From Zygnema circumcarinatum SAG 698-1b (lineage: Eukaryota > Plantae > Zygnematophyceae): a stretch of 64,000 nucleotides of DNA. The stretch is taken from assembly GCA_037447605.1 (NCBI GenBank), contig CM074810.1:1894880-1958879 (forward strand), given 5' to 3'. The position numbers and the translations under genes were made by a program. Shown here in pieces: positions 1 to 10,478 of this stretch. The stretch's first letter is position 1; every line of letters starts with the position of its first letter. The notes under the pieces are model-generated. The model made no database searches. It saw only the letters and a program-made list of their open reading frames with translations, and was not told the DNA's origin.

Positions 1-2878
1 AAAGCACTTCTCATCAAGAACAAACGAAGACTGTCCCTCAAACTCTTCCAGGCATTTGGTCATATAGTGCGAAGAGCACCTTCTTCAATGGCACCATCAG
101 ACGTCGGAGAGAAAGGAAGGCGAAGGTGGTGCTTTCACATGAGATGAAGCTGGGCCTTCTTAACGATATCAGCAGATATGGTGTGTCAACTCTCTCTGTC
201 GCAAAGAAGTACAATGTCACTCGACGCACTGTGCAGAATATGTTGAAGCGTAAAGACAAGATCATCGAAGCAACTCTGAATCCGAGAACGACAAAACGCA
301 AACACATTCTTGTGAAGCTGAAGTTTCCTGCCCTTGATGCGTTGGTCCAAGCATTTGTCCAGCAACTCCGTGATCAAGGGTTCCCTATCACTTCCCAAAT
401 TATTAGAGACTTTGCGCTTGTAATGGCTACAAACATGGGGATTAGCGAGGATGAATTCAAAGCTAGTGAGCGATGGGCTAGGAAATTTTCTGAAAGAATG
501 GGTTTGTGCTCGAGAAATCTTCACGGAGAAGCTGCTTCAGCATTGGTGCACGATGTGTCTGGCCCAATAAAGGATCTAAGGAAACGTTTGGAAGGATATC
601 CTTTGGAGAATATATACAATATGGACGAAACAGGGTTATTTTACCGGTTGCTTCCCAAGAAAACGTACGTTACAATGCGTGAGGATAGAAAAACTATCAG
701 AGGAACAAAGCAGATGAGGTCCAAGGATAGGATATCTTTATACTGTGCGACTAATGCGACTGGTACTCACAAAATACCGCTCGGTGTAATCGGCAAATCA
801 AAGAATCCAACAGTGTTTGGTAAAGGGAAGGAGGCTATCTTACGCGATTTGGGCTTGGCCTATTTTAGCCAGGCAAATGCGTGGTCAGATGGTTCTACTA
901 TGACAAGGTGGCTTCGAGAGGTCTTCCTTCCGGCTACGAAGACAAAGAAAAAGAGCGGCAGGATAGCACTTTTACTAGACAACTGTGGTCCTCACAATAT
1001 GAAAGCAAAGGGCGAGAAGACCATAACGTCGAGCGATAGCCTGTCGTGTGAAAAGCTCGCCTCCGTGGAGAATGTCGATATTCTTATGCCACCTCCAAAT
1101 GTGACATCCCTTCATCAACCAATGGACCAAGGAGTAATCTCCATGACAAAGAAGAACTATCGATATCGTTTACTGATGGAGTGGAGCAAGCTATTCATGG
1201 ATCGAAAGCTGTTGGCTGCGCTCTCCAAAGGGAAGAAGAAAGGATCCAGGGGCCTTTGTGAAGGTGCTCAGCCTCATTTGCTGGATGCTTTGAGCATTCT
1301 TTCTGCCGTTTGGAGAGATTCTGTTACTACAGAGGCTATTGCTAGGTGTTGGATCAAGGCAGACATCCTTCCAGCTTCCTACAATGCTTCATACAATGAT
1401 GACGGCAACAAGGCAAACCCAGTCGAAGATAGCACAGAGGAGATAGTCAATGAGGTTGAAGAAGTGCAAAACTATGAAGAGGAGAAGGATATCGTGGAGC
1501 AACTGTGTTCAGTCTTTGCGGACATCGACTTGGCCTTCGGTGGATCTACTGTGGACTCGCTTGTGTCTCAGGGTCTTGACGAAGATGTCATTAACTGCAT
1601 GGCGTCCATAAAGTCAGCTGAGTCTATTGAGAAGCTATTGCATTCATGGGTGACGATTGAAGACAACCAAGATGTAAGAGAGGCGATCGTGGAAGACTTT
1701 GTCGGAGACTTAGAGCGGCAAGCACTCAAGAACTTACCATCGCAGGACCACGAGAATGATGCACAGAATCAAGAGCAACAATCAATGCTCAATGGCAACG
1801 AGGAAGAAGAGGAGGAAGGTGAAGAACTAAACGAAAAAGGAAGCGACCTCCAACATCAAACAGGCTCTTTTATTGCCGCCGCCAATGCCACTGAGCAGCT
1901 TCAACTTCCTGACTTGGAGGAGGCTCTCTCTACCCTGAACGATTTTGATACCATGCTGAACAACATGGGAGGTCACGGGTCGAAGGCAATGCTTCATCTT
2001 AGCCAGGTAAAGCGAGACTTCATTGGTGCTTGGCGAACGGTGAAGAGGGTGCAGACAAAGGCGAAGCCACCTCGACAGACTTCTGTTCAAGACTTCTTTA
2101 CTGTCACAAGACAATTTTCAGGTTGTGATCTGACGCCAGGTAGAGATTAGAAATAGTCAGTGCGGTTTATGCAATGGTAGGCTATCTCCCATCACGCGGG
2201 ACTTTGTTCACATTTGTTCGGAATGTTCATCGTAGGTAGGGCTATTTTTCTCATATTCTTTCTTTGTCAACTCTTGCCTTCCCTAGCGCCTTAGCATTTA
2301 CTAAGGCAGCAAGACTGCCTCAGTAGAGGCAGCTACTGAGGCACGTACGTACGTACGTGAGCTGCTGCTTCCATCTGTTTTTCGGTTATGTGTATGCGGT
2401 TCACCAGCTGATCTTGGCTCATGTAAGCCACCATAAGGTCGGTTGCCACATTTAGCATCTCGCAAACAACGTACCTACTGTACAAGTACAAGTGCAAGTA
2501 CAGTACAGCATATCAAGTAACGTTTGCTGTGTGTCGTGTGCGGAAATCGCCCTGCACGCAAGGAGCGAAGGAGAGAGTGAGCGAGAGAGAGAGAGAACGG
2601 CAGCCCTGGGCAAGGGTGCAACTAACTGCCGGTACGTTGGTTGGATGACGACAGTATGTACGACAGTATATGCGTCACGATATGTCACGATACGATACGA
2701 TGCTAAACGATACAGTACGATACGGTGCGATATGGCACGGTACGATACGTACGGTCCAACATGAACTCTAACATAATACCGCCCGTCCATTCGTAACACG
2801 AACCTTATATATGCAAATTTAATATTTTCGCCACATTTTGCCCGGAACCAGGGTGGAAAATATGAGGACCCCCTACTG
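1..2878 (+). mobile_element. pogo/Tigger-family (Tc1/mariner superfamily) DNA transposon, probably autonomous; left end outside window
   Basis: Contains a transposase ORF. Ends ...GGTGGAAAATATGAGGACCCCCTACTG (2878) followed by TA (2879-2880). The reverse complement begins CAGT, the typical pogo terminus with a TA target. Confidence 0.85.
3..2150 (+). CDS. pogo-like DDD transposase (N-terminal HTH, CENP-B-type HTH, DDE_1 domain, acidic tail); 5'-partial
   Basis: The frame of ORF 126..2150 is open back to position 3 (..RRRRERKAKVVLSHEMKLGLL). Motifs: FKASERWARKFSER, NMDETGLFY (D1), LLLDNCGPH (D2), HQPMDQGVI (D3). No stops or frameshifts. Confidence 0.92.
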   Translation, partial: STSHQEQTKTVPQTLPGIWSYSAKSTFFNGTIRRRRERKAKVVLSHEMKLGLLNDISRYGVSTLSVAKKYNVTRRTVQNMLKRKDKIIEATLNPRTTKRKHILVKLKFPALDALVQAFVQQLRDQGFPITSQIIRDFALVMATNMGISEDEFKASERWARKFSERMGLCSRNLHGEAASALVHDVSGPIKDLRKRLEGYPLENIYNMDETGLFYRLLPKKTYVTMREDRKTIRGTKQMRSKDRISLYCATNATGTHKIPLGVIGKSKNPTVFGKGKEAILRDLGLAYFSQANAWSDGSTMTRWLREVFLPATKTKKKSGRIALLLDNCGPHNMKAKGEKTITSSDSLSCEKLASVENVDILMPPPNVTSLHQPMDQGVISMTKKNYRYRLLMEWSKLFMDRKLLAALSKGKKKGSRGLCEGAQPHLLDALSILSAVWRDSVTTEAIARCWIKADILPASYNASYNDDGNKANPVEDSTEEIVNEVEEVQNYEEEKDIVEQLCSVFADIDLAFGGSTVDSLVSQGLDEDVINCMASIKSAESIEKLLHSWVTIEDNQDVREAIVEDFVGDLERQALKNLPSQDHENDAQNQEQQSMLNGNEEEEEEGEELNEKGSDLQHQTGSFIAAANATEQLQLPDLEEALSTLNDFDTMLNNMGGHGSKAMLHLSQVKRDFIGAWRTVKRVQTKAKPPRQTSVQDFFTVTRQFSGCDLTPGRD

Positions 2879-4532
2879 TATGGTTATCCGTACGACTGGT
2901 GCGCAAGAGACGGACGGTCCCTATCACTAGCCGACGCTGAAACCGGAAATGCTATTTTGTTTTTATTGAGAATTTATTTAGTTTTGTTTTTCATTTCTGG
3001 GTGGGATCGAACTTTGGGCACATAATGGAGTTTAAAAAATGGAGACAAGCGTCAGAATCTGGATCGAATTGATTCGGTTATCCGTACTTGTCGTATACAC
3101 TGTGATTCGGCGAAGGGGCCAAGTCATATTTTGTCGTTTCTATATAGTCCGACAAAATTGGTCGTAGAGTATCCAGCTTCGTCTGTCGTTTTCGAGTGTG
3201 CGCACAGTTTCATACACTATCGTCCAAACGTCGCCAGCTGTTAGTTGACTCAGCAAAGCGACAAGGTCCAATTTTTTGTCTTTCTTGCACCATGAAACTG
3301 ACAGTTTCTTGAAGTTGGCGAAATACTGGCCAATAGCCTTCTGCCACGTATGCAATGAAGATTGGGAGCGTAGCGGCCAAGCTGTCTGTCGGTTGGAGGG
3401 AATTGCGCCGACACTTGACAGCTGGCTTCGCTTAGCAGGATGTGCCACGTGTAGAATCCGCAAGACCAGGACAAAAGAAGGGAGATTTTACATGTGTAGA
3501 GAAATTTCTTGATTGGCGAATCAAAGTGTTTCCGTCCGTACAAAACTGAAAGTCTCGGCCGCCCGGCGGGCCAGGGGCCGGTCAACGGCGGTTGGGCCGA
3601 GCGGAGGAGAAAGCGACAAATTCGCGAAATCGGAGCGATTCTCTTCGGGATTGTCGATATATCGTGATAACAATTTTCTGATACGATCTTGTGGACCCGA
3701 CCACTCCCCCGATCCACCTCAAAATTTGCCGTTGGACATTGGGATCGCCAACCATTGGACAATCTTTTGGATGACAATGGTTGGACGGCAATGGTTGATC
3801 CAACGGTCCGACCTGTGCAGGATTCGCCGCGTGACTGTGACCAACTGCCGTTGACCGGTCGCAGCTTGTGCGCCGTCGATTTAGTGACGTCCGTCGTTGG
3901 CCACTGCGAATCCAACGGCTCTCGAGGCAGTTTAACGATCAATGGGCGATTTGTAGCAGTTTTAACGGAGTCCAATCTTCACATTTAAGTTCTCAAGCTA
4001 GATCCGATGCTCGATTCTGGCTGCCAAATCTACTGACCAATACCCTGCACTAATGACCAGCTTCCACCGACAAATAATGACGTCAGTTGAAGTTTTTTAC
4101 AACTGCCAACTGGAGTTACTGACGTCACAAACGATTTGCACAGAATCCAGGCCACACTTCCACTGTCGACACCTGACAAAGTCGTTTGTCGTATGACCGG
4201 AGGAGCCGCAGTTCTGTACGGACTCAGGAAATGTGCAGTCGATGTCGATGGTGAAAAGGATTCGATGACGTCATTATTGCCATATGGCGACTTTTCATTG
4301 GCCGTCGTAGATTGTGCAATCAAGTCGGAAATCTGCTCAGATCGCTGCGATCGCAGCCCTAGATCTAACGGCTCCGCCGCAGTTTCGTGAAGTTCGATCC
4401 AACGGCCCTAAATGCACGACAGAGGTCAGAGTTGGGGTTAGGGTTAGGGTTAGGCTTAGCATTAGGGCGAGAATTAGGGTTAGGGTTTAAGGTTGTAGGA
4501 GGCAGGCATTGACGGTGCAGGGTTTAGGGTTT

Positions 4533-5818
4533 ATGGCGCCGAAGAAGGAGACGAAGGGCAAAGGGAAGGCGGCGGAGGATGGGGCGAAGGGCGCGAAGGG
4601 CGGGAAGGGCGGGGGAGACCTCGGCACGTGCACCTTCGTGAAGGGTGAGGAAGGGAGGGTTCAGGGCCGGGCGAGGGGGGGGGGGGNNNNNNNNNNGGTT
4701 CAGGGCATGCTCAGGGTTTTGAGAGTTCCATTGGTCGGGCTTTCAGGTGCTATTCGTAAGAATTGAGTTTGAATTTTCGTCCACACAAGCATCCATGGGT
4801 CGTTCAGTTGTCATTGAACACCGAGAAACTGAAACTAGAACTGGAACTGGAACTGGAACTGGAACTGAAACTGAAACTGAAGCCATAGATTTGTGAAACG
4901 TCGCAGCCCGGCACATCCTGTGCGAAAAGCAGGGGAAAGTCAACGACGCGTACAAAAAGCTGCAGGAGGGATGGCTCGACCAGGGGGACAAGGTGCCTCC
5001 AGCCAAGTTCGGGGAGGTCAGGCGCCTCCCTCTCTTTCTCTCACTCTCTCTCTCTCTTTGTCTCTCTCCCACCCTCCCTCCCTTTCAGTCCCCTCTCCCC
5101 TCCTCCCCACCCCCCCCCCTATCTCCCTCCCTCTCGCCCTCCGTCCCCATCTCCTCCTCCCTCCTTTTCAGCTCCCTCCGCGTCTCCTTCACCCTCCATG
5201 GCCTTCCACTCTCTCATCCTCTCTTCCCGCCCTTCCCCCTCCCCCCCCCTGTCACTCTCGCCCGCTCTTGTCTCCTTCCCCCTTCTTATGCATGTCTATT
5301 CTCCGTGAGATCATGCTCCCCCATTGTTGAAGAGACATTTGCGATGCGATGCAGCTCGCAGTGGAGTACTCGGAGTGTCCCTCCGCGAAGCGCGGCGGCG
5401 ACCTCGGGTGGTTTCCGCGCGGGAAGATGGCGGGGCCCTTTCAGGACGTCGCCTTCGCCACGCCGATCGGCGCCACGTCACCTCCCTTCAAGTCAACGTA
5501 AGTCAACGTCAACACCAATTCTGGCAATTCCAACTTGTCTGGAGGACGTTCTCACATGCTTTAGGGTTTTTAGGGTTTTTAGGCTGGAGGTGCTGTGTAT
5601 GGGTCCAGCCGAGTCTCTGACTTTTAGGGTGTTCACACTAGAGGGAAGGAGACTCTTTTGTTTGTTTCTTTGTATGGAAAGTGAAAGGTTACAGTGTTTA
5701 GGGTTTATTGGGTTTTGCGGTCACTTGCGTTAATAAGTGATTTGATGATTTTTTTTTTTTATAAATTCAATGCAGGCATGGGTACCATATTATCCTTGTA
5801 GAAGGGCGCAAGAACTGA
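4533..5818 (+). CDS. PIN4: parvulin-type peptidyl-prolyl isomerase (PIN4/Par14-like), 4 exons
   Basis: Exons 4533-4644, 4907-5016, 5355-5497 and 5776-5818 join at GT-AG with consistent phase: MAPKK..GTCTFVK-ARHILCEKQGKV..YSECPSAKRGGDLGWFPRGKMAGPFQDVAF..ST-HGYHIILVEGRKN*. Confidence 0.95.
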
Positions 5819-6819
5819 ACTGAACGACAGTGTAAGTGTTCCATGTCAGTCTGGTGGTGATGTGCTGTGTATTTAGCATTCAACTCTGGGCTGTGTCCTG
5901 ATGTCATTCAGTTCCGTAAATTCAACATTTCTTTCAGTTAAGCAAAATCTGTCACATAGAAAGCCCCTCTATTAGGTCAAATCTCTACTGGAGAGGAGGA
6001 TCCTTTCTGTACAGTAAACGACTTTTTCCCTCTCCCTCTTTGCTTTTGCGTCCCATGTACTGTGTCTGAATAAGCGACATTTGAATGTATGGGTAATGTG
6101 AAATTTCTTATTTTCTTTTTTCTTTTTTCTTGCAAGACTACTGGTAGCCCGCAGACAATTAGCACGTCAGAAGTATTCACTTTATTTCTCATTTCCTAAA
6201 AAAGGTTTAATTTTAAACTTAATTTTTTATTGGACATGCCCTCCACCACATTATGTTCAGACGCCACCATTGCAGTGATTCTTTAAACGCTGTGCGAATA
6301 AGGTTTATAAAAGGCCAAAACGTGACATAACAGTCGACAAACGATGCCATTCGCACATGCTCAAGTCTTTCTTTGACATTTTTTTTTTTTAGCGGACAAA
6401 AATGAGTATTCTTTGCTATACCGTTCTCCATTGTTCCAAGCACTAATACCGTGTTCCATTTCCTCAATTTCCGGTGCCCCAACGTTCCATGTTCCCAGTT
6501 CCGTGCCAGACCGTTTCTGTCGTCCTGTACAATTCCCCATTCTCGGGGTCACCACTCCCTCGTGGTTCCCTCCCTCCCTTCCACCTTCCATGTGCCCCCG
6601 TTCTCCGCACCGTTTCCCTGACCGCCAACTAATCCGATTTCCGTTGCTCTCTCCCAGTTCCGATTTCCTCCCTGTTTCCCGTTCCAGAGAACGGAATAGA
6701 GCCCTGTTCTATGGAAGGCTGGGTCCCTCCCTCCCTCCCTGCCTCTCTCCCTCCCTCCCTCCCTCCCTCTCTCCCTCTCCCCCTCCCTCCCTCCCTCCCT
6801 CCCTCCCTCCCTCCCTCCC

Positions 6820-7402
6820 TCAGAAGACGAAGCGGTAGGTGATGTAGCGGCCCGCGGTCTCGCTCGGGCGGATGATGCGCACGACCTGCCCCCTCGCCAG
6901 CCCGTAGTAGCGCGCCACCGGGTCGCCCACCTGCATGCGCGGGAGCTGCCACCCAAAGAGCAAGGGCCCCAACAAGCCTCAACAACAACAACAACAACAA
7001 CAACATGGGACACCAGACCATATGTGGGAGAGAGAGACATGTTGTTCGGAAGCAAGCTCTCCCTCTCTCCCTCTCTCCCTCTCTCTCTCTCCCTCTTTCT
7101 CTCTCTCTCACACACACACACACACTCTCACAGACACCATGCCACATGTACTCATTCGTTCTCGTTTGCGCTGGCCTGTTGTGGACTCTTACATCCCCAT
7201 CCTCACGCTCTCCCGCATGGTCTGCATGATAGTCTACTCCCACACTCTCCCGCTCTCTCACCTGCGTCTCCTTGACGGTGTAGCGGCGGAGCAGGGTCTG
7301 CTTCTCCTCCTCCGACATCACCTGATGTTCGGGCACCTGCACATGCTCCTTTATGTTCACCAGCAGCTCCGCCTCCTGTCATCCCAAACTTGTACGTGTG
7401 TG

Positions 7403-7497
<95 letters not shown>

Positions 7498-8822
7498 CAG
7501 AGAGAGAGAGAGAGGGGCCACCTGGAAGGTCTCGAGGTGATACTTGGGCGCCATCTCCTGCACGCAGGCCCTGGCGAAGGGCGTGAGCTGCCTCTGCACG
7601 ACCAGCAGCGCCCGCGAGACCCCTCCCCCGCGCATGTTCTCCACGAGGGTCTTCACGGCCTTCACGCCGACCTTCGCCTCCTCCGGGAAAAACACGTAAA
7701 TCTGCCAGGGAGGGAGGGGAGGGGAGGGGAGGGGAGGAAGGGATGGGAGGGTTTATTCCGAGGGTCCTGAACCCTAAACCCTAAATCCTACCCCCTAAAC
7801 TCTAAACCCTACCCCCTGAACCCTACCCGCTACCACCTGAACACTAAACCCTACCCCCTACACCCTGAACACTAAACCCTACCCCCTGAACCCTACCCCC
7901 TACCCCCTGAACACTAAACCCTACCCCCTGAACCCTACCCCCTACCCCCTGAACACTAAAACCCTACCCCCTGAACCCTACCCCCCACCCCCTAACCCTA
8001 CCCCACACCCCCTACCCCCTGAACCCTACCCCCTGAACCCTACCCCCTACCCCCTGAACCCTACCCCCTACCCCCTGAACCCTACCCCCTACCCCCTGAA
8101 CCCTACCCCCTACCCCCTGAACCCTACTCCCCACCCCCTGAACCCTAAACCGTACCCCCCACCTCCCTCCCCCTTGGCCTCGTTTCGGCGCGGTACCTCG
8201 TCCGCGGGGTTGTCCTTTTTGTGCTTCAAAATGGTGAGGTCGTCACGCTTGGGGTCGTCGCCGAACCGTTCCCTGAACTCGTCCTTTGTAGCGCTCAGCT
8301 CCGCCTCCGTCACGAGGTAATCGCGGTCATGCAGCATCTGGAAAACGAAATTGGTTCGAGAATTGTGGTTTTTAGGGTTTGCAGAGATCTAAGACTTCAC
8401 AGGGTTTAAAGTTCTGGGCTTACCCTAAACTCTTTTTAGGGTTTTTAGGTTAAGGCTTTGGGGTTTACCGGAGTTTAGGGTTTATGAGGTTGCTAGTGCA
8501 GCGCAGGTTTTCATTTGGAAATTTTAGGTTGAAAGTGGAGGGAAGAAGTTTAGCGATTATTTTGGGTCTTAGGTCTTCATGGGATTTGATTTTAGATTGT
8601 AGATTTTTAATTTTAGATTAGACGTTTTTAAGTTCTGGAGTCCTTGCAGGTGGTTTCTGGGTTGCGCAGCTGGTTCAGGTTTCAGGGTTTAAGGGTTTAA
8701 GATTGAGGATTTTAAGCTTAAGGTTCAAAATTTAGGGTTTAAGGGTTCAGGGCTCAAGCCTTAAAACCGACCTGCAGCACCGTTTTCCGCACTCTGAAAA
8801 GCTTTGAAGCGCCCTCATCCAT
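6820..8822 (-). CDS. RPB5: RNA polymerase common subunit RPB5, 5 exons, 203 aa
   Basis: Exons 8822-8772, 8337-8197, 7701-7522, 7375-7262 and 6945-6820, all phase 0: [88 protein letters not shown]. Confidence 0.96.
7770..8150. repeat. degenerate telomere-like tandem array in RPB5 intron 2
   Basis: Starts with CCCTAAA copies, then many CCCCTGAACCCTACCCC / ACACTAAACCCTA variants. Confidence 0.8.
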
Positions 8823-10478
8823 GCTGCTGACGAGAGCCCCCCCACCTCCCTCCCACTCTCCCCCTCTCCCACTCCCGCTCTCCCTCACTCCCTCTCTCCC
8901 GCTCTCCCGCTCTCCGCTTTCCCTCTCTCCTCCCTCCCTCCCTCACTCCCTCTCTCCCTCCTCCCTCTTTCTCTCTCTCACCCTTCTCTCCCTCTCGGTC
9001 GCCCTCTCCCTCCCTCCCCTCTCTCCCTCCCCGGCCCCCACTCCTCTCCTCCTCCCTCCCTTCCTGCCTCTTCACCCTCTCTCTTCCACTTCACCCAGTC
9101 CACCTGGCTGCCACGTGACGCGTTGGCCCAATTCCACCCTGCCACGTGGCGCGTTTTTTCTCTCCCCTCGTGCCACCCTGGCACCTCTCCGCCCCTCATA
9201 TCGCCCCTCTCAACATGAATTGTACGGACAGTCGTGTACGGACGTCAGCCGTACGACCCCCCCCCCCCCCCCCCCCCCCCCCCNNNNNNNNNNCCCCCCC
9301 CCCCCCCCCCCCATTTGCCCCCACAAAAGGGAAAAAGGCATCAAACCGACACTGTCCAGTATTTCGATACATGTATCGATATTGCGATACGTATACCGAT
9401 ACAGGTACTCCATACTGTATGACGACTGACGACAGAGGGGACCAAACGCCCTAGGGGAGGCGCGATGGCCGTAGACCGTAGGACTGACGTGTCGTACTGG
9501 GAGCCGTACCGTGGTCAATCATCGGCCACTGACGAGGCGCCACATGGACACATTCCCCACGTGGCGAGTTTTCATTGGATGGTGGTCAACTCCATGAAGC
9601 GAGGAAACTGCCGCATCGGGCCGCTTTGGCCAGATTCGAAAATTAGGGTTTCGGGTTGAAAGGGAGGGGGGAGGGGGAGAGGGAGAGGGAGAGGGAGAGG
9701 GAGAGGGAGAGGGAGAGGGCGAGAGAGAGAGAGAGGTAGACGAGAGGGTGGGAGAGGAGTGGGAGTAAACAAATGGAGATGGGCAGAGAGGGAGTGGGAG
9801 GGAAGAGAGTTGTTTAGGAGTGGGCGTGAAAAAAGGGGGAGTGAGGGAGAGAGAGGAAAAGAGACGGAGGGAGAGAGGGATCGGGAGAGGGAGAGGGAGA
9901 GTGACGGAGAGAGAGTGGGAGTGGGAGAAAGAGAGAACTAGGGAGAGGGAGAGAGGAGGTGGAGAGGGAGAGGGAGAGTGGAGGGGGAGAGGGAGAGGGA
10001 GAGAGGAGGGGGAGAGGGAGAGGGAGAGAGGAGGGGGAGAAGGAGAGGGAGAGAGGAGGGGGAGAGGGAGAGGGAGAGAGGCGGGGGAGAGGGAGAGGGA
10101 GGGAGGAGGGGGATAGGGAGAGGGAGAGAGGGAGAGAGGAGGGGGAGAGGAAGAGGGAGAGGGGAGGGGGAGTGGGAGAGGGAGAGAGGAGGAGAGAGAG
10201 AGAGGGAGAGAACAGGCTTTCGTGGCCTCGATTACGAGGGTTTTAAATTGCAAATTTTCAGGCGGAGGCATTACATGACATGACAGTACATGTTTTTTTC
10301 GGGCCTAAATTTTAGTGTTTCAGGGTTTGAGGCCCCAGGTTTCAAGTTTTAGGGTTTTGGCGACACTTGCAGCAGCCCTCACATTTTGCATGTTTTCGGA
10401 TTTTGGGGTTTCCAGATGAGTTGCTGGACCTCTAATATTATTATTAAATTAGCTTAATCTTTAGATAAAGACTGAAAT

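Noticed and set aside
88-150. Possible frameshifted transposase start at ATG 88
   Set aside because: The transposase frame is itself open to the window edge, so no frameshift is needed.
3140-4400. Overlapping ORFs of 80-240 aa and short palindromes
   Set aside because: No recognisable domain, no splice pattern and no TIR/TSD found; probably promoter or decayed repeat.
4687-4696. 10-N runs (also 9284, 16698, 22408 and 36729)
   Set aside because: Assembly gap placeholders at homopolymers or repeats; true lengths are unknown.
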